Positions 16,500 through 24,281 of a stretch of 26,022 nucleotides of DNA are shown piece by piece. Numbering within the stretch: position 1 is the stretch's first letter; each line of letters opens with the position of its first letter. Source of the DNA: a virus (taxonomy: Duplodnaviria; Caudoviricetes); the IMG/VR virus record IMGVR_UViG_3300036779_000174, positions 1-26,022 of that record, one strand, 5' to 3'. The translations under genes were made by a program, and so were the position numbers. The notes below the pieces were generated by a model. The model made no database searches. It was not told where the DNA came from and saw only the letters and a list, made by a program, of their open reading frames with translations.

Positions 16500-17666
16500 C
16501 TACACGTCCGCGAGCGACGGCGCTGTTTCTTCCGGCACCGGGGTGCTCGCGGCTTCAAATGCGATCCGCGCCGCATCGCACTTTTCGGCGATTCGCCCGG
16601 CGAGCACATGCCATGGAAACCCCGGGCAGAATTCATGCCCGCGATCCTCATAGCGCACTTTGGCAAAATGCCTGCGCGCCGCGTACCCGGCCACCATCGC
16701 CGCCGCCAGGTGGGTGAGCGAATCCATGCGGTCGCGGTACTTGCGCGCCATTGCTTCGCGCTTCGCGCCGAACGGCGGGTGGGGCCGCATTTCGGCTTTC
16801 GAGTCATCCGCGAAGCGCTGGAGCCGCCGTGAATGCTCCCGCGACCAGCGGCGCGCCTGATCGCCGTGATAGATCCACAGCCGTTCATCTTTTGCATTCA
16901 GCGCGACGAGCAGCGCATCAGGCGATGTGTGCACGCGGAGCACACCTGTCCGCCCGCGCTCCGCTGCCGTCCGCGGTAGCCATGCGACCATCTTGCACAT
17001 GACGGATTTCCCCTTGCGGTAGAGATCCATCTGGCCCGGCTCGGCCTCGCCCGCCACGATCTGGCGCACTGAGGCGAGCTGCCGCAGGAATTCATGTCCG
17101 CCCCGCAACCGGAACCGGACACGCTGTTCTCCGATGCGCGCCGAGACGATGGGGGAATCGTTTTCCATCTCTACCGACCAGCCCTGGGACGGTACCGGAA
17201 ACGGCGACGGATAGCGATACGTGGGCAGGCTGGCAGTGCACGTCCAGACCACCTCGTAGCGCTTGGCGCGATACTTTTTGCCGATTGCCTGTTCGAGGGC
17301 CGCGCATGTCTGTGACGGCAGCCCGGGAAACCGGCGCCGCGTCTCAGGGTAGAGGTAGACCCGCGGCATCGGCTGCAGCTTGCCTTTGTCGCGTGATCGG
17401 TTGTCCTGCGCATACATCTCGGTCAGCATCCAGTTCGATGCCTGCGTCACTAGCGCCCACTGGACCCGCAGCGCTTTCCCAAATTCGTCCCAGCTCTGAT
17501 CGAGCGGCGAGACGACAGGAATAGAAACCGCGCGCAGGATATAGCGCTCGCGCCAGCAGTCTCCACAGGACAGCACCGCGTCTTTCCGCTTCCATCCGGC
17601 TGGAATGCGGTTGCTGTCGGTTTTCATGATGCGCTCGCGGTTGCACAGGGCGCATTTCAGGGTCAT
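16500..17666 (-). CDS. Nuclease-dead TnpB/Cas12f-like RNA-guided DNA-binding protein
   Basis: 388 aa; N-terminal CxxC..CxxC, SLPTYR motif, degenerate RuvC-I (VLRVHTS), helix KYRDRMDSLTHLAAAMVAGYA, RuvC-II VRYED, FPWHVLAGRIAEKC; ends without the C-terminal Zn finger or RuvC-III; adjacent to the array. Confidence 0.75.
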   Translation of the reverse strand: MTLKCALCNRERIMKTDSNRIPAGWKRKDAVLSCGDCWRERYILRAVSIPVVSPLDQSWDEFGKALRVQWALVTQASNWMLTEMYAQDNRSRDKGKLQPMPRVYLYPETRRRFPGLPSQTCAALEQAIGKKYRAKRYEVVWTCTASLPTYRYPSPFPVPSQGWSVEMENDSPIVSARIGEQRVRFRLRGGHEFLRQLASVRQIVAGEAEPGQMDLYRKGKSVMCKMVAWLPRTAAERGRTGVLRVHTSPDALLVALNAKDERLWIYHGDQARRWSREHSRRLQRFADDSKAEMRPHPPFGAKREAMARKYRDRMDSLTHLAAAMVAGYAARRHFAKVRYEDRGHEFCPGFPWHVLAGRIAEKCDAARIAFEAASTPVPEETAPSLADV

Positions 17667-17671
17667 GCCAA

Positions 17672-18181
17672 TTACCCCTTGACCAGATCGCCGCGGAAGA
17701 ACCGCCAGCGGCCGCCGCGTGTGTGCCGTCCCATGTCCCGCACAGTGACGAGCGGTTTCGCCGACTCGGCCTGGGTCAGCAGCCAGCGCGCCGTCAACCC
17801 GGAGAACGCCTCGGCTTCCTCGAGAGTGAGCCAGGGCTTGACGCGCGGAGTCGGAGCCGCCGGCGGTTGATGCGCGGCGGGCGGCAGAGGCTCGAAGACC
17901 CGCGCAGGCGGCGCCACTGCGACGGGCTGCGCCTTCACGAGCGCGAGCGCGCCGGCGGGATCTTTGATGACCGGATCATACGTTTCGCTCATGCGGTCTT
18001 TGAACGCCGCCACGTCGGCGCGGTCAAATACCGTGGTTTTGCCGTTCGGACCGTTGAAGTATTTCGCGGTCAGGCGACCGCTCGAGATGTAGGTCTCGAC
18101 TGATCTCTTGGACTTCCCGAGGTACTCGCAGACCTCGCGTTTGTTCATGGTTTGAGCAGATGACGGATCGGTTTCAGACAT
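17672..18181 (-). CDS. Xis/MerR-like double-HTH DNA-binding protein (start 18181 or 18148)
   Basis: MNKREVCEYLGKSKRSVETYISSGRL and WLTLEEAEAFSGLTARWL, joined by a Pro/Ala linker; stop is 5 nt from the effector ATG. Confidence 0.8.
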   Translation of the reverse strand: MSETDPSSAQTMNKREVCEYLGKSKRSVETYISSGRLTAKYFNGPNGKTTVFDRADVAAFKDRMSETYDPVIKDPAGALALVKAQPVAVAPPARVFEPLPPAAHQPPAAPTPRVKPWLTLEEAEAFSGLTARWLLTQAESAKPLVTVRDMGRHTRGGRWRFFRGDLVKG

Positions 18182-18298
18182 GGATGCCGCATCGTAGCTC
18201 ACATGGTCTGAATAAAGCAACGCAGGGCAGAGCAATGCAGAGAATCGCAGCCCGTTTCGATTGTCTGCTCGGGTCTGCTCTGCACGGGTGTGCCCAAT

Positions 18299-18646
18299 TT
18301 ATGCAGTTTTATGCACCTTCGCTATTGCCGATTTAATCGCGACGGCAACCGCTTCCTGATCTGCAGCGGATGTGAAATCATCGATTACAACGATCGCCCG
18401 GGCGATGCGGCGCAGTGTTTCCGGCAGCACGACGCCGCGCTGAACTACCACCACCATAGGCTTGTCGAACAGCACCGCCGCGCCGATTTCGAGCGCCAGC
18501 TTGGCGTCCGGTTTGCCGGTGGCTATGACCATCGAAAGAACGGAGGCCTGCATCTTCGGGAACATGTCCCGCTCGGCGCGATACAGCCAGTCTTTTACCT
18601 CGGCCTGATTCAGCAGATCCTCGAAAGATCGCTCCTCGTTTTTCAT
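18299..18646 (-). CDS. Hypothetical protein
   Basis: ATG 18646 (MKNEERSF) overlaps the upstream stop; LEIGAAVLFDKPMVVV suggests an alpha/beta fold. Confidence 0.6.
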   Translation of the reverse strand: MKNEERSFEDLLNQAEVKDWLYRAERDMFPKMQASVLSMVIATGKPDAKLALEIGAAVLFDKPMVVVVQRGVVLPETLRRIARAIVVIDDFTSAADQEAVAVAIKSAIAKVHKTA

Positions 18647-19116
18647 CAGTTCGCCTTTTCCCCGGGCGCGGGCAGCGCGAGCTGTTTGTTCTCGAAGTAT
18701 TCGAAAAACGTCAGCCCATCTTCCCGCTGGATATACGGCATGAAGACCTCGGCATTCTTCACCATCCCGACCTCGATCATTGCCAGCTGCGCCTGCACCC
18801 ACCGCAGCAATTGCCGCCACGCGACCCGCTCGGCCTGCTCGCGAAGGCGCGTCTTGGTTTCGCCGCTGAGGACACCGCCGCCGCTGCGCCGCTTCACGAG
18901 CAATTGAAAAACGGGCTCGACGCGCGCCGGCAGCGCGAAGTGCAGATCCGCTGGCCCGACTCGCATCGTCCATGCGAGGCCGACAATCTTCCCGCCATCC
19001 CATTTGGTCGATACCGATGTCGCGCCCGCCTGCACGAGGCAGCTCGAAACCTCGGCCGCCGTCCGCTCCGCGGCGATCTCGGTCGTTTCCATAAAAATTG
19101 GTTTTTTTGTGCTCAT
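18646..19116 (-). CDS. Conserved hypothetical phage protein
   Basis: 156 aa; QAERVAWRQLLRWVQAQLAMIE..EVFMPY motif. Confidence 0.75.
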   Translation of the reverse strand: MSTKKPIFMETTEIAAERTAAEVSSCLVQAGATSVSTKWDGGKIVGLAWTMRVGPADLHFALPARVEPVFQLLVKRRSGGGVLSGETKTRLREQAERVAWRQLLRWVQAQLAMIEVGMVKNAEVFMPYIQREDGLTFFEYFENKQLALPAPGEKAN

Positions 19117-19334
19117 GCTGTTGTTTCCGGCGGCAACTTGTACGGCGTCCAGTCCGGGTTGCCTTCGTTGATCGTGTTCGCAAGACGAAAAAGAGAATCC
19201 CTGAATCCAAAGTTAGCGCGGAAATCAGGTCGCGCCGCAGCGTCTGTCGCAATGCCGAGCGCCAAAAGGAGCAGCTCGAATTCTTCCTCGTCGATGTCGA
19301 CCAAGACGCGGCCGTTTTCGCGTTTCATGCTCAT
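19113..19334 (-). CDS. Hypothetical protein
   Basis: ATGA-coupled MSMKRENGRVLVDIDEEEFELLL. Confidence 0.6.
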   Translation of the reverse strand: MSMKRENGRVLVDIDEEEFELLLLALGIATDAAARPDFRANFGFRDSLFRLANTINEGNPDWTPYKLPPETTA

Positions 19335-19603
19335 TTGAGCGCCTCGCCTTCGGGCGTCGCATAGATGACTTCTTCGAGCCGGTAGCGGCAAAGGTAAATC
19401 TTTCGGCCGAACGCGGCCGCCTGTTCGCGCATGGCGCCGACCAGCTGCGTGCGGTTCACTTTCGTCGGATCGACAGCCACGAGCGGAATGCAGCCCGCCG
19501 GCACGAGCGCCTGTTTCAGGCCGATCTCGCCCGAGCCGTACTCGTCCTCGCCGAGCCACGCGAACAGTTCGACCGCCTGCAGGCGTTCCGGTATGTCGCT
19601 CAT
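19331..19603 (-). CDS. Hypothetical protein (tandem paralog)
   Basis: 90 aa; resembles 19600-19860. Confidence 0.65.
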   Translation of the reverse strand: MSDIPERLQAVELFAWLGEDEYGSGEIGLKQALVPAGCIPLVAVDPTKVNRTQLVGAMREQAAAFGRKIYLCRYRLEEVIYATPEGEALK

Positions 19604-19860
19604 GGCTCGATGACCTCGATCTCCTCGCGCAGGCTGAACCGGCAGAGGGTAATTTTATTACCGGTTTCGCGCACAATCTGCCGCGCCATCTCGCGCAGCG
19701 AGTCGACCCGGGCTTTATCCGCACAGACCATCGGCAGCATCATGCCGCCGTTCTGGAACGCCGGCAGCCCTTCGCCATCCGCGTCGCTCGCGATGAACGC
19801 GTAAAGCTCATCGATCCGCAGCAGCGTTTTCGGTTTCGAAATATCCACGAATTTGCTCAT
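19600..19860 (-). CDS. Hypothetical protein (tandem paralog)
   Basis: ATG 19860 (MSKFVDISKP); ATGA-coupled. Confidence 0.65.
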   Translation of the reverse strand: MSKFVDISKPKTLLRIDELYAFIASDADGEGLPAFQNGGMMLPMVCADKARVDSLREMARQIVRETGNKITLCRFSLREEIEVIEP

Positions 19861-20108
19861 GACCGCCCCTGCTTCGTTCGTACTCTGCCTCGGCCACGAG
19901 CTTCCCATGCGGCCCGGTTGGTGATCGGGTGCGGGATCTCCGCGCAGCGCACGCACACTTGCGGGACCGTGGTAAGCGCCGCGAACGCGCTGTAGATTCC
20001 ATGCGGCGGCCGGCGCGGGTGGCCACAGCACAGCTCGACAGTCGACCAGTTCCCGTCAGGCGTGCGTGCCGGCGGACGGGTCAGCAACCGTTCGATCGTG
20101 GCTCTCAT
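19857..20108 (-). CDS. Hypothetical protein
   Basis: 83 aa, coupled at both ends, GAGGAGG RBS. Confidence 0.55.
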   Translation of the reverse strand: MRATIERLLTRPPARTPDGNWSTVELCCGHPRRPPHGIYSAFAALTTVPQVCVRCAEIPHPITNRAAWEARGRGRVRTKQGRS

Positions 20109-20353
20109 GAATCCTCCTCATCCCGCTGCACAGTGCCAAATGCGCCGCGCGCCGCCCGCGGGATGCCCCACCCGACGTTATCCGGGTTTCGGGGACACGC
20201 AATCCAATCGGGCGCGTGGCCCTCCATTTCCATCGCGCAGGGCGAGTGCGCCGAAGTGACAAGGCCGCAGCGGTTGCCGCCTGTCGGGATAAGCACAGCG
20301 CCCGATCCATCGTGCGGCAGCACGAGTGCGACAGCGTAAAACGGGCAGCTCAT
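20105..20353 (-). CDS. Cys-containing hypothetical protein
   Basis: ATG 20353 (MSCPFYA) with GGAGG RBS. Confidence 0.55.
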   Translation of the reverse strand: MSCPFYAVALVLPHDGSGAVLIPTGGNRCGLVTSAHSPCAMEMEGHAPDWIACPRNPDNVGWGIPRAARGAFGTVQRDEEDS

Positions 20354-20378
20354 TTTTTTGTCGCCTCCCTTCGGCGGC

Positions 20379-20693
20379 TCATGCAACCCTCCGGCGGCTT
20401 TGCCGTTTTTCCGTACGCGGCGACATCCGCTCAGGCTGGGCCGCAATGCCGTTCAGAATGTCGAGAAATGCGCCGGCTGTGATGGGCACCGCGTCGGCCA
20501 GCTGGTAGTAGCCGGTCGAACTGGGCGCCGCGGCGTAATGCAGATGCCCCTCGTCCGCCCACAGAACACCCGCTCGGCCGCGCCGGCGGAGTTTGCGGTA
20601 TAAGACAACCTCGGCATCGGTCAGGATGCGTCTCCAGGGGCTTGCAGCCCCACTCGCTGGCGGTTGCCCGAGGCGATTTCGGGGTTTCGTCAT
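20379..20693 (-). CDS. Hypothetical protein
   Basis: 104 aa immediately after the replication gene. Confidence 0.5.
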   Translation of the reverse strand: MTKPRNRLGQPPASGAASPWRRILTDAEVVLYRKLRRRGRAGVLWADEGHLHYAAAPSSTGYYQLADAVPITAGAFLDILNGIAAQPERMSPRTEKRQSRRRVA

Positions 20694-20698
20694 GCTGT

Positions 20699-21763
20699 TC
20701 AGAGTCCTTTGCCTTTCCGTTTCTGCAGTACTTCACCCACCAGGCCGCTGGCGAACTGCGGCTCAGGGTTTTGCTGCTCAATGAGTGGCTGTTGCTCGCC
20801 GGTGAGGCTCCGGCCGCGGTCCTTCACGATGCGGAGCGCCGCCCAACGGGCCTTGGTAATTTTGGGGTCGACTCCGCGGAGTCGCTGCATCGCCACGGAG
20901 ACGTAGTAAGAATAGCGGTCCGGCTGGGGTCGCGGTCTGTCGGCCATGAGGTCATTAACGAGATTGATGGTTCCGGCCAGCCCGCCGATTGACAGAAGCA
21001 CGGCTACGATCTTGTCATCCGGAGGATGGGCATTTTTGTCGCGTCCGTACTTGAGTTGGTAACCATGCACCCACCGCCTGGCTTCTGCGATTTCCCGCGC
21101 ATCGAAGTCCCGCGGTTCGGCGCGCAGCATCCGATCGATGACTTCCTGATCGATGTTTCCCCCTCGATCGATCGAATCGGTACTTATCGAATCGATCGAC
21201 GCGCCCGCGCCCGCGCGTTCCTTATAAGGGGGTGGCCCTGGTGTAGGGCCACCCTGGCCCTGGAATAGGGCCACCTTTTCCACAGAATTCTGTGCTTCAG
21301 CGAGCTGAAGGTGGCCCTGGTGTAGGGCCTGGCCCTGGTGTAGGGCCACCTTTTCCACAGGGGGTGGCCCTACACCAGGGCCACCCATGACAGCAGTCCG
21401 CAGGTAAGTCAGAATGTACCCAGCGGCAAGCGTCGCCGTGCCACTTCTGGCCGCGATAATTTGCCTTTTAGCGAGCCTGTCGAGAGCCGCCTGGACATTA
21501 CTGCGCGACACCCCGGATGCTTCCGAAAGGGCCCTGGCGCTGATTCGGCCTGACTGACCGGGAGCCGCAGCGAACAGGCGCGACAACGTAATCAGCACCC
21601 TGAGATCTGCCTCTCCAAGACTCGGGGCAAGACGCTCTATCGCCAGAAAGGCTCCCGCCAACCGGTGGGGCGCCTCAACTTCCGATAATGCATATTCGCG
21701 TGAACCATTGCCTCCCGAAGTTTCGATTTCTGCTACTCTCGTTTGTTCGGGACGATCGCGCAT
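20699..21763 (-). CDS. Putative phage replication initiator (N-terminal winged HTH)
   Basis: 354 aa; ISARALSEASGVSRSNVQAALDRLAKRQII HTH; central linker encoded by iteron-like repeats, as in lambda O-type genes. Confidence 0.7.
   Translation of the reverse strand: MRDRPEQTRVAEIETSGGNGSREYALSEVEAPHRLAGAFLAIERLAPSLGEADLRVLITLSRLFAAAPGQSGRISARALSEASGVSRSNVQAALDRLAKRQIIAARSGTATLAAGYILTYLRTAVMGGPGVGPPPVEKVALHQGQALHQGHLQLAEAQNSVEKVALFQGQGGPTPGPPPYKERAGAGASIDSISTDSIDRGGNIDQEVIDRMLRAEPRDFDAREIAEARRWVHGYQLKYGRDKNAHPPDDKIVAVLLSIGGLAGTINLVNDLMADRPRPQPDRYSYYVSVAMQRLRGVDPKITKARWAALRIVKDRGRSLTGEQQPLIEQQNPEPQFASGLVGEVLQKRKGKGL
21231..21385. repeat. Putative replication origin: five quasi-palindromic iterons and two DnaA boxes
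   Basis: TGGCCCT-N5-AGGGCC occurs five times (last copy inverted); TTTTCCACA (fits TTWTNCACA) at 21276-21284 and 21351-21359. Confidence 0.7.
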
Positions 21764-21783
21764 TTCCCGGAACTATAACACGA

Positions 21784-21799
21784 GATAAGCTGTCTTATC
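21784..21799. other. Palindrome GATAAG-ctgt-CTTATC, candidate recombinase site/operator
   Basis: Lies between the divergent rep and recombinase genes. Confidence 0.35.
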
Positions 21800-21900
21800 G
21801 AGAGGTCAAGCTCGAAATGATGACGCCTACGGACCCGCGCTTTGAGAATCAACTCCCCCTATGTAACGATTGGTTCAGGGAACGAGAGGAGGGTCTCACG

Positions 21901-22812
21901 ATGGCAAGGCTGAGACTCGAGGAGCTGCAGAGCTTCCAGCACGCTCCCCGAACCGTTTCCGCGTATGCCAGCGACTGGAAGGATTTCGTGCGATGGTGTG
22001 CCGACTCAGCCAAGGAGTCTTTGCCCGCCCATCCCGACACCGTGGCTCTGTATCTCTCTCATTTGGTTCCCCTGAAGAAGGTCTCGACGCTCGAGCGGCG
22101 CATGGCAGCCATCGGCGCGAGGCATCAGGCCGCCGGTTTGCCGTCCCCGACGACGCCTCTCGTGCGTTCCGTGATAGCGGGCGCCCGCCGCAAGAATCGG
22201 CGCACGGTAAGCCGCAAGGCGGCTATCACGCGCGATGAACTGCTGCTGATATGTGAGCATTTGGAAGAGAGCGGAACGGTCCGCGCCACCCGTGATCGCG
22301 CCGCGATTCTGATGGGCTTCGCCGGGGCATTCCGCCGCTCGGAACTTGTGGGCCTCGACCTCGCCGATATCGATTTGCGGCGGGACCGGGTGGAGGTCCG
22401 ATTGAACCGATCAAAGACCGATCAACTGGGGCAGGGGAGAGAGCTGGTTCTTCCGCGCGCCAAACACGGCGGCCTTTGTGTAGTGCGGGCACTGGCCGCA
22501 TGGCTGGGTGTGCGCGGCCGGAGTCCCGGCCCGCTGTTCCAGGATGTCTCGATCGGCGCCGATGCCGTACTGCCGGGCCGGATGGCTGATCACATCGTCT
22601 ATTACGCCCTGCGGACCGCCGCGGCCAGGGTGGGGTTGGATGCCACGAAGTTCGGGGCTCACTCTTTGCGCGCCGGTGCTTGCACAGCCGCGGCGGATGC
22701 CGGCGCGGATATTTTCGAGATCATGGCACTCTCGGGACACAAATCCGTGGAAACGCTGGGGCGCTACGTGCGCCGCTCAACGCTTAATTACCCGCTGCGG
22801 AAAGTCCTTTGA
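21901..22812 (+). CDS. Cre-like tyrosine recombinase
   Basis: SAM-like N-domain (TVSAYASDWKDFVRWC); catalytic R (AFRRSEL), K (RSKTDQ), HSLR, SGH and Y (RYVR); GAGGAGG RBS before ATG 21901 (alternative start 21817). Confidence 0.9.
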   Translation: MARLRLEELQSFQHAPRTVSAYASDWKDFVRWCADSAKESLPAHPDTVALYLSHLVPLKKVSTLERRMAAIGARHQAAGLPSPTTPLVRSVIAGARRKNRRTVSRKAAITRDELLLICEHLEESGTVRATRDRAAILMGFAGAFRRSELVGLDLADIDLRRDRVEVRLNRSKTDQLGQGRELVLPRAKHGGLCVVRALAAWLGVRGRSPGPLFQDVSIGADAVLPGRMADHIVYYALRTAAARVGLDATKFGAHSLRAGACTAAADAGADIFEIMALSGHKSVETLGRYVRRSTLNYPLRKVL

Positions 22813-22833
22813 TTCCCGGCATTGTAAATATTC

Positions 22834-22868
22834 AAAAAAGCCCGCTGGCGCGCCGCGCGCCAGCGGGC
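22834..22868 (-). terminator. Intrinsic terminator for leftward transcription
   Basis: 13-bp GC stem (22840-22852/22856-22868) followed by T6 on the minus strand. Confidence 0.75.
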
Positions 22869-23073
22869 ACAGCGGATGACGGGACCACACCGGTCAAGAT
22901 GCGAGGCCCCGGCCCACCGCTCAATGGCTATTACAACACTTGCAAATTGCCGAGGAATCAGAGGATTTTGCCACTAAATGGATTCAGACTGAGGAAAATT
23001 CACGCGGCCATTCATTTTTGTGGTGGGACGCCGGTCACGCTGAAATGAGGAAGACAAATAAAGGGAACAACGA

Positions 23074-23280
23074 ATGACCATCGACCTCGACGACCTAAGA
23101 CGGAAGAGGGACGCCTTGATCGGTCCGGAAGCAGCAGCGCGCGCAGAGCTTAGAAGAAGCCACGCTGATGAGCTAAGACAACTCGCAGAAGAATGCCGCT
23201 GGCATCGTCGGATAGTTCTCACCGACAAACAACTTGCGGCGCTCGACGCGGCGATTTCTCTTCTCGAGACGGGTATGTGA
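23074..23280 (+). CDS. Hypothetical protein
   Basis: 68 aa with AAGGGA upstream. Confidence 0.5.
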   Translation: MTIDLDDLRRKRDALIGPEAAARAELRRSHADELRQLAEECRWHRRIVLTDKQLAALDAAISLLETGM

Positions 23281-23296
23281 TTCCGCCCGGCGGTTC

Positions 23297-23404
23297 CTAC
23301 CGCCCCCGCCGCTCCGCAACAAAGCTCGCCACGCCGATCGCGATGAACGCGACGCCCACGAGCCCGCAGAGGACCATAAAGCCGTCAATCAGCGGGTTAC
23401 TCAT
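23297..23404 (-). CDS. Small single-pass membrane peptide
   Basis: MSNPLIDGFMVLCGLVGVAFIAIGVASFVAERRGR; start overlaps the stop of the upstream Cys-rich frame. Confidence 0.45.
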   Translation of the reverse strand: MSNPLIDGFMVLCGLVGVAFIAIGVASFVAERRGR

Positions 23405-23582
23405 CGGCGTTGAACCCGCCGCAGCGCCAGCAGGCGGCCGGGTACGCAACGGCGCCGACGTTCTCGACCTGCCGGTCGCCGCCGCGGCTGCCGTGGTCGG
23501 CGCAGAACGGCATCGAGCAGTCGTCGCAGCGCAGGACGGCCAGCTCGGGGCAGCCGTCGTACGCGCAGCTATGATTGATGGA

Positions 23583-23867
23583 ATGTGTGCCCTGATCTAC
23601 GAGGTCAGCGTTCCCCTCGGCGACCTGCGCCGTCTGGCCGTCCGCTGCAACGCGTGCGACACCGTGATGATCGTGGACCTCAGGGGCAAGACTCAGACGA
23701 CCGTTACCTTCTGCCCCACCTGCCGGCACGACTTCGAGCCGGCGATCAAGGATCGCGTCCGCAGTCTTGCCAGCCTCCTCGAGGCGCTTGCCGACTCGAA
23801 CGAGTGCTCCTTTGCCTTCCGGATCGCCGCTCCGGAACTGCGCGGAGCTCCTGCGGTCGAACGGTGA
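23583..23867 (+). CDS. Zinc-ribbon hypothetical protein
   Basis: CNAC and CPTC pairs; start uncertain. Confidence 0.55.
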   Translation: MCALIYEVSVPLGDLRRLAVRCNACDTVMIVDLRGKTQTTVTFCPTCRHDFEPAIKDRVRSLASLLEALADSNECSFAFRIAAPELRGAPAVER

Positions 23868-23870
23868 GGT

Positions 23871-24044
23871 ATGGACAACATTCCCAACGTTCGCAGCTAC
23901 ACCGAGGACGGCTACACGATGTACGTGATGGACATCGAAAACCCGGCTATCCATCCTGACGCCCTCCCAGTGCTTCAACGTCTTCTGCAGCGAGCCGAAG
24001 AAGATCGGCCAGGCGCCGCGCGTCAGCGGGAGACAGCATGTTGA
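23871..24044 (+). CDS. Small hypothetical protein
   Basis: MDNIPNVRSYTEDGYTMYVMDIENP with GAGGT RBS; not in the ORF track. Confidence 0.5.
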   Translation: MDNIPNVRSYTEDGYTMYVMDIENPAIHPDALPVLQRLLQRAEEDRPGAARQRETAC

Positions 24045-24065
24045 CTCCTGAGTCCACATCGAACG

Positions 24066-24281
24066 CTATACACCCTTCCGCCCGTCCCGCTCTTCGGCGG
24101 CGTCTGCGGCGGTTAGGATTTGACGTGCAAACTCCCGCGCAGTATCGGGAGCGAGAAGCACGCCGGGCTGAGGCGTACCTCCGTAAAGCTCTACGAAAGC
24201 CTCAGCCCGCAGAACGATAAGCACGCCGTGCACACCGCTCTCGAACGGCCCGACTAGAGCCGCAATGTCTTTCTGCTCCAT
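24066..24281 (-). CDS. Hypothetical protein
   Basis: ATG 24281 (MEQKDIAALV) overlaps the upstream stop. Confidence 0.55.
   Translation of the reverse strand: MEQKDIAALVGPFESGVHGVLIVLRAEAFVELYGGTPQPGVLLAPDTAREFARQILTAADAAEERDGRKGV

Noticed and set aside
16500-17666. Active IS200/IS605 or IS607 element
   Set aside because: No TnpA, no recognisable element ends, RuvC incomplete, and followed by an array instead of a single right end.
21231-21385. Second CRISPR array
   Set aside because: Irregular spacing, no unique equal-length spacers, one inverted copy, inside a CDS; fits iterons.
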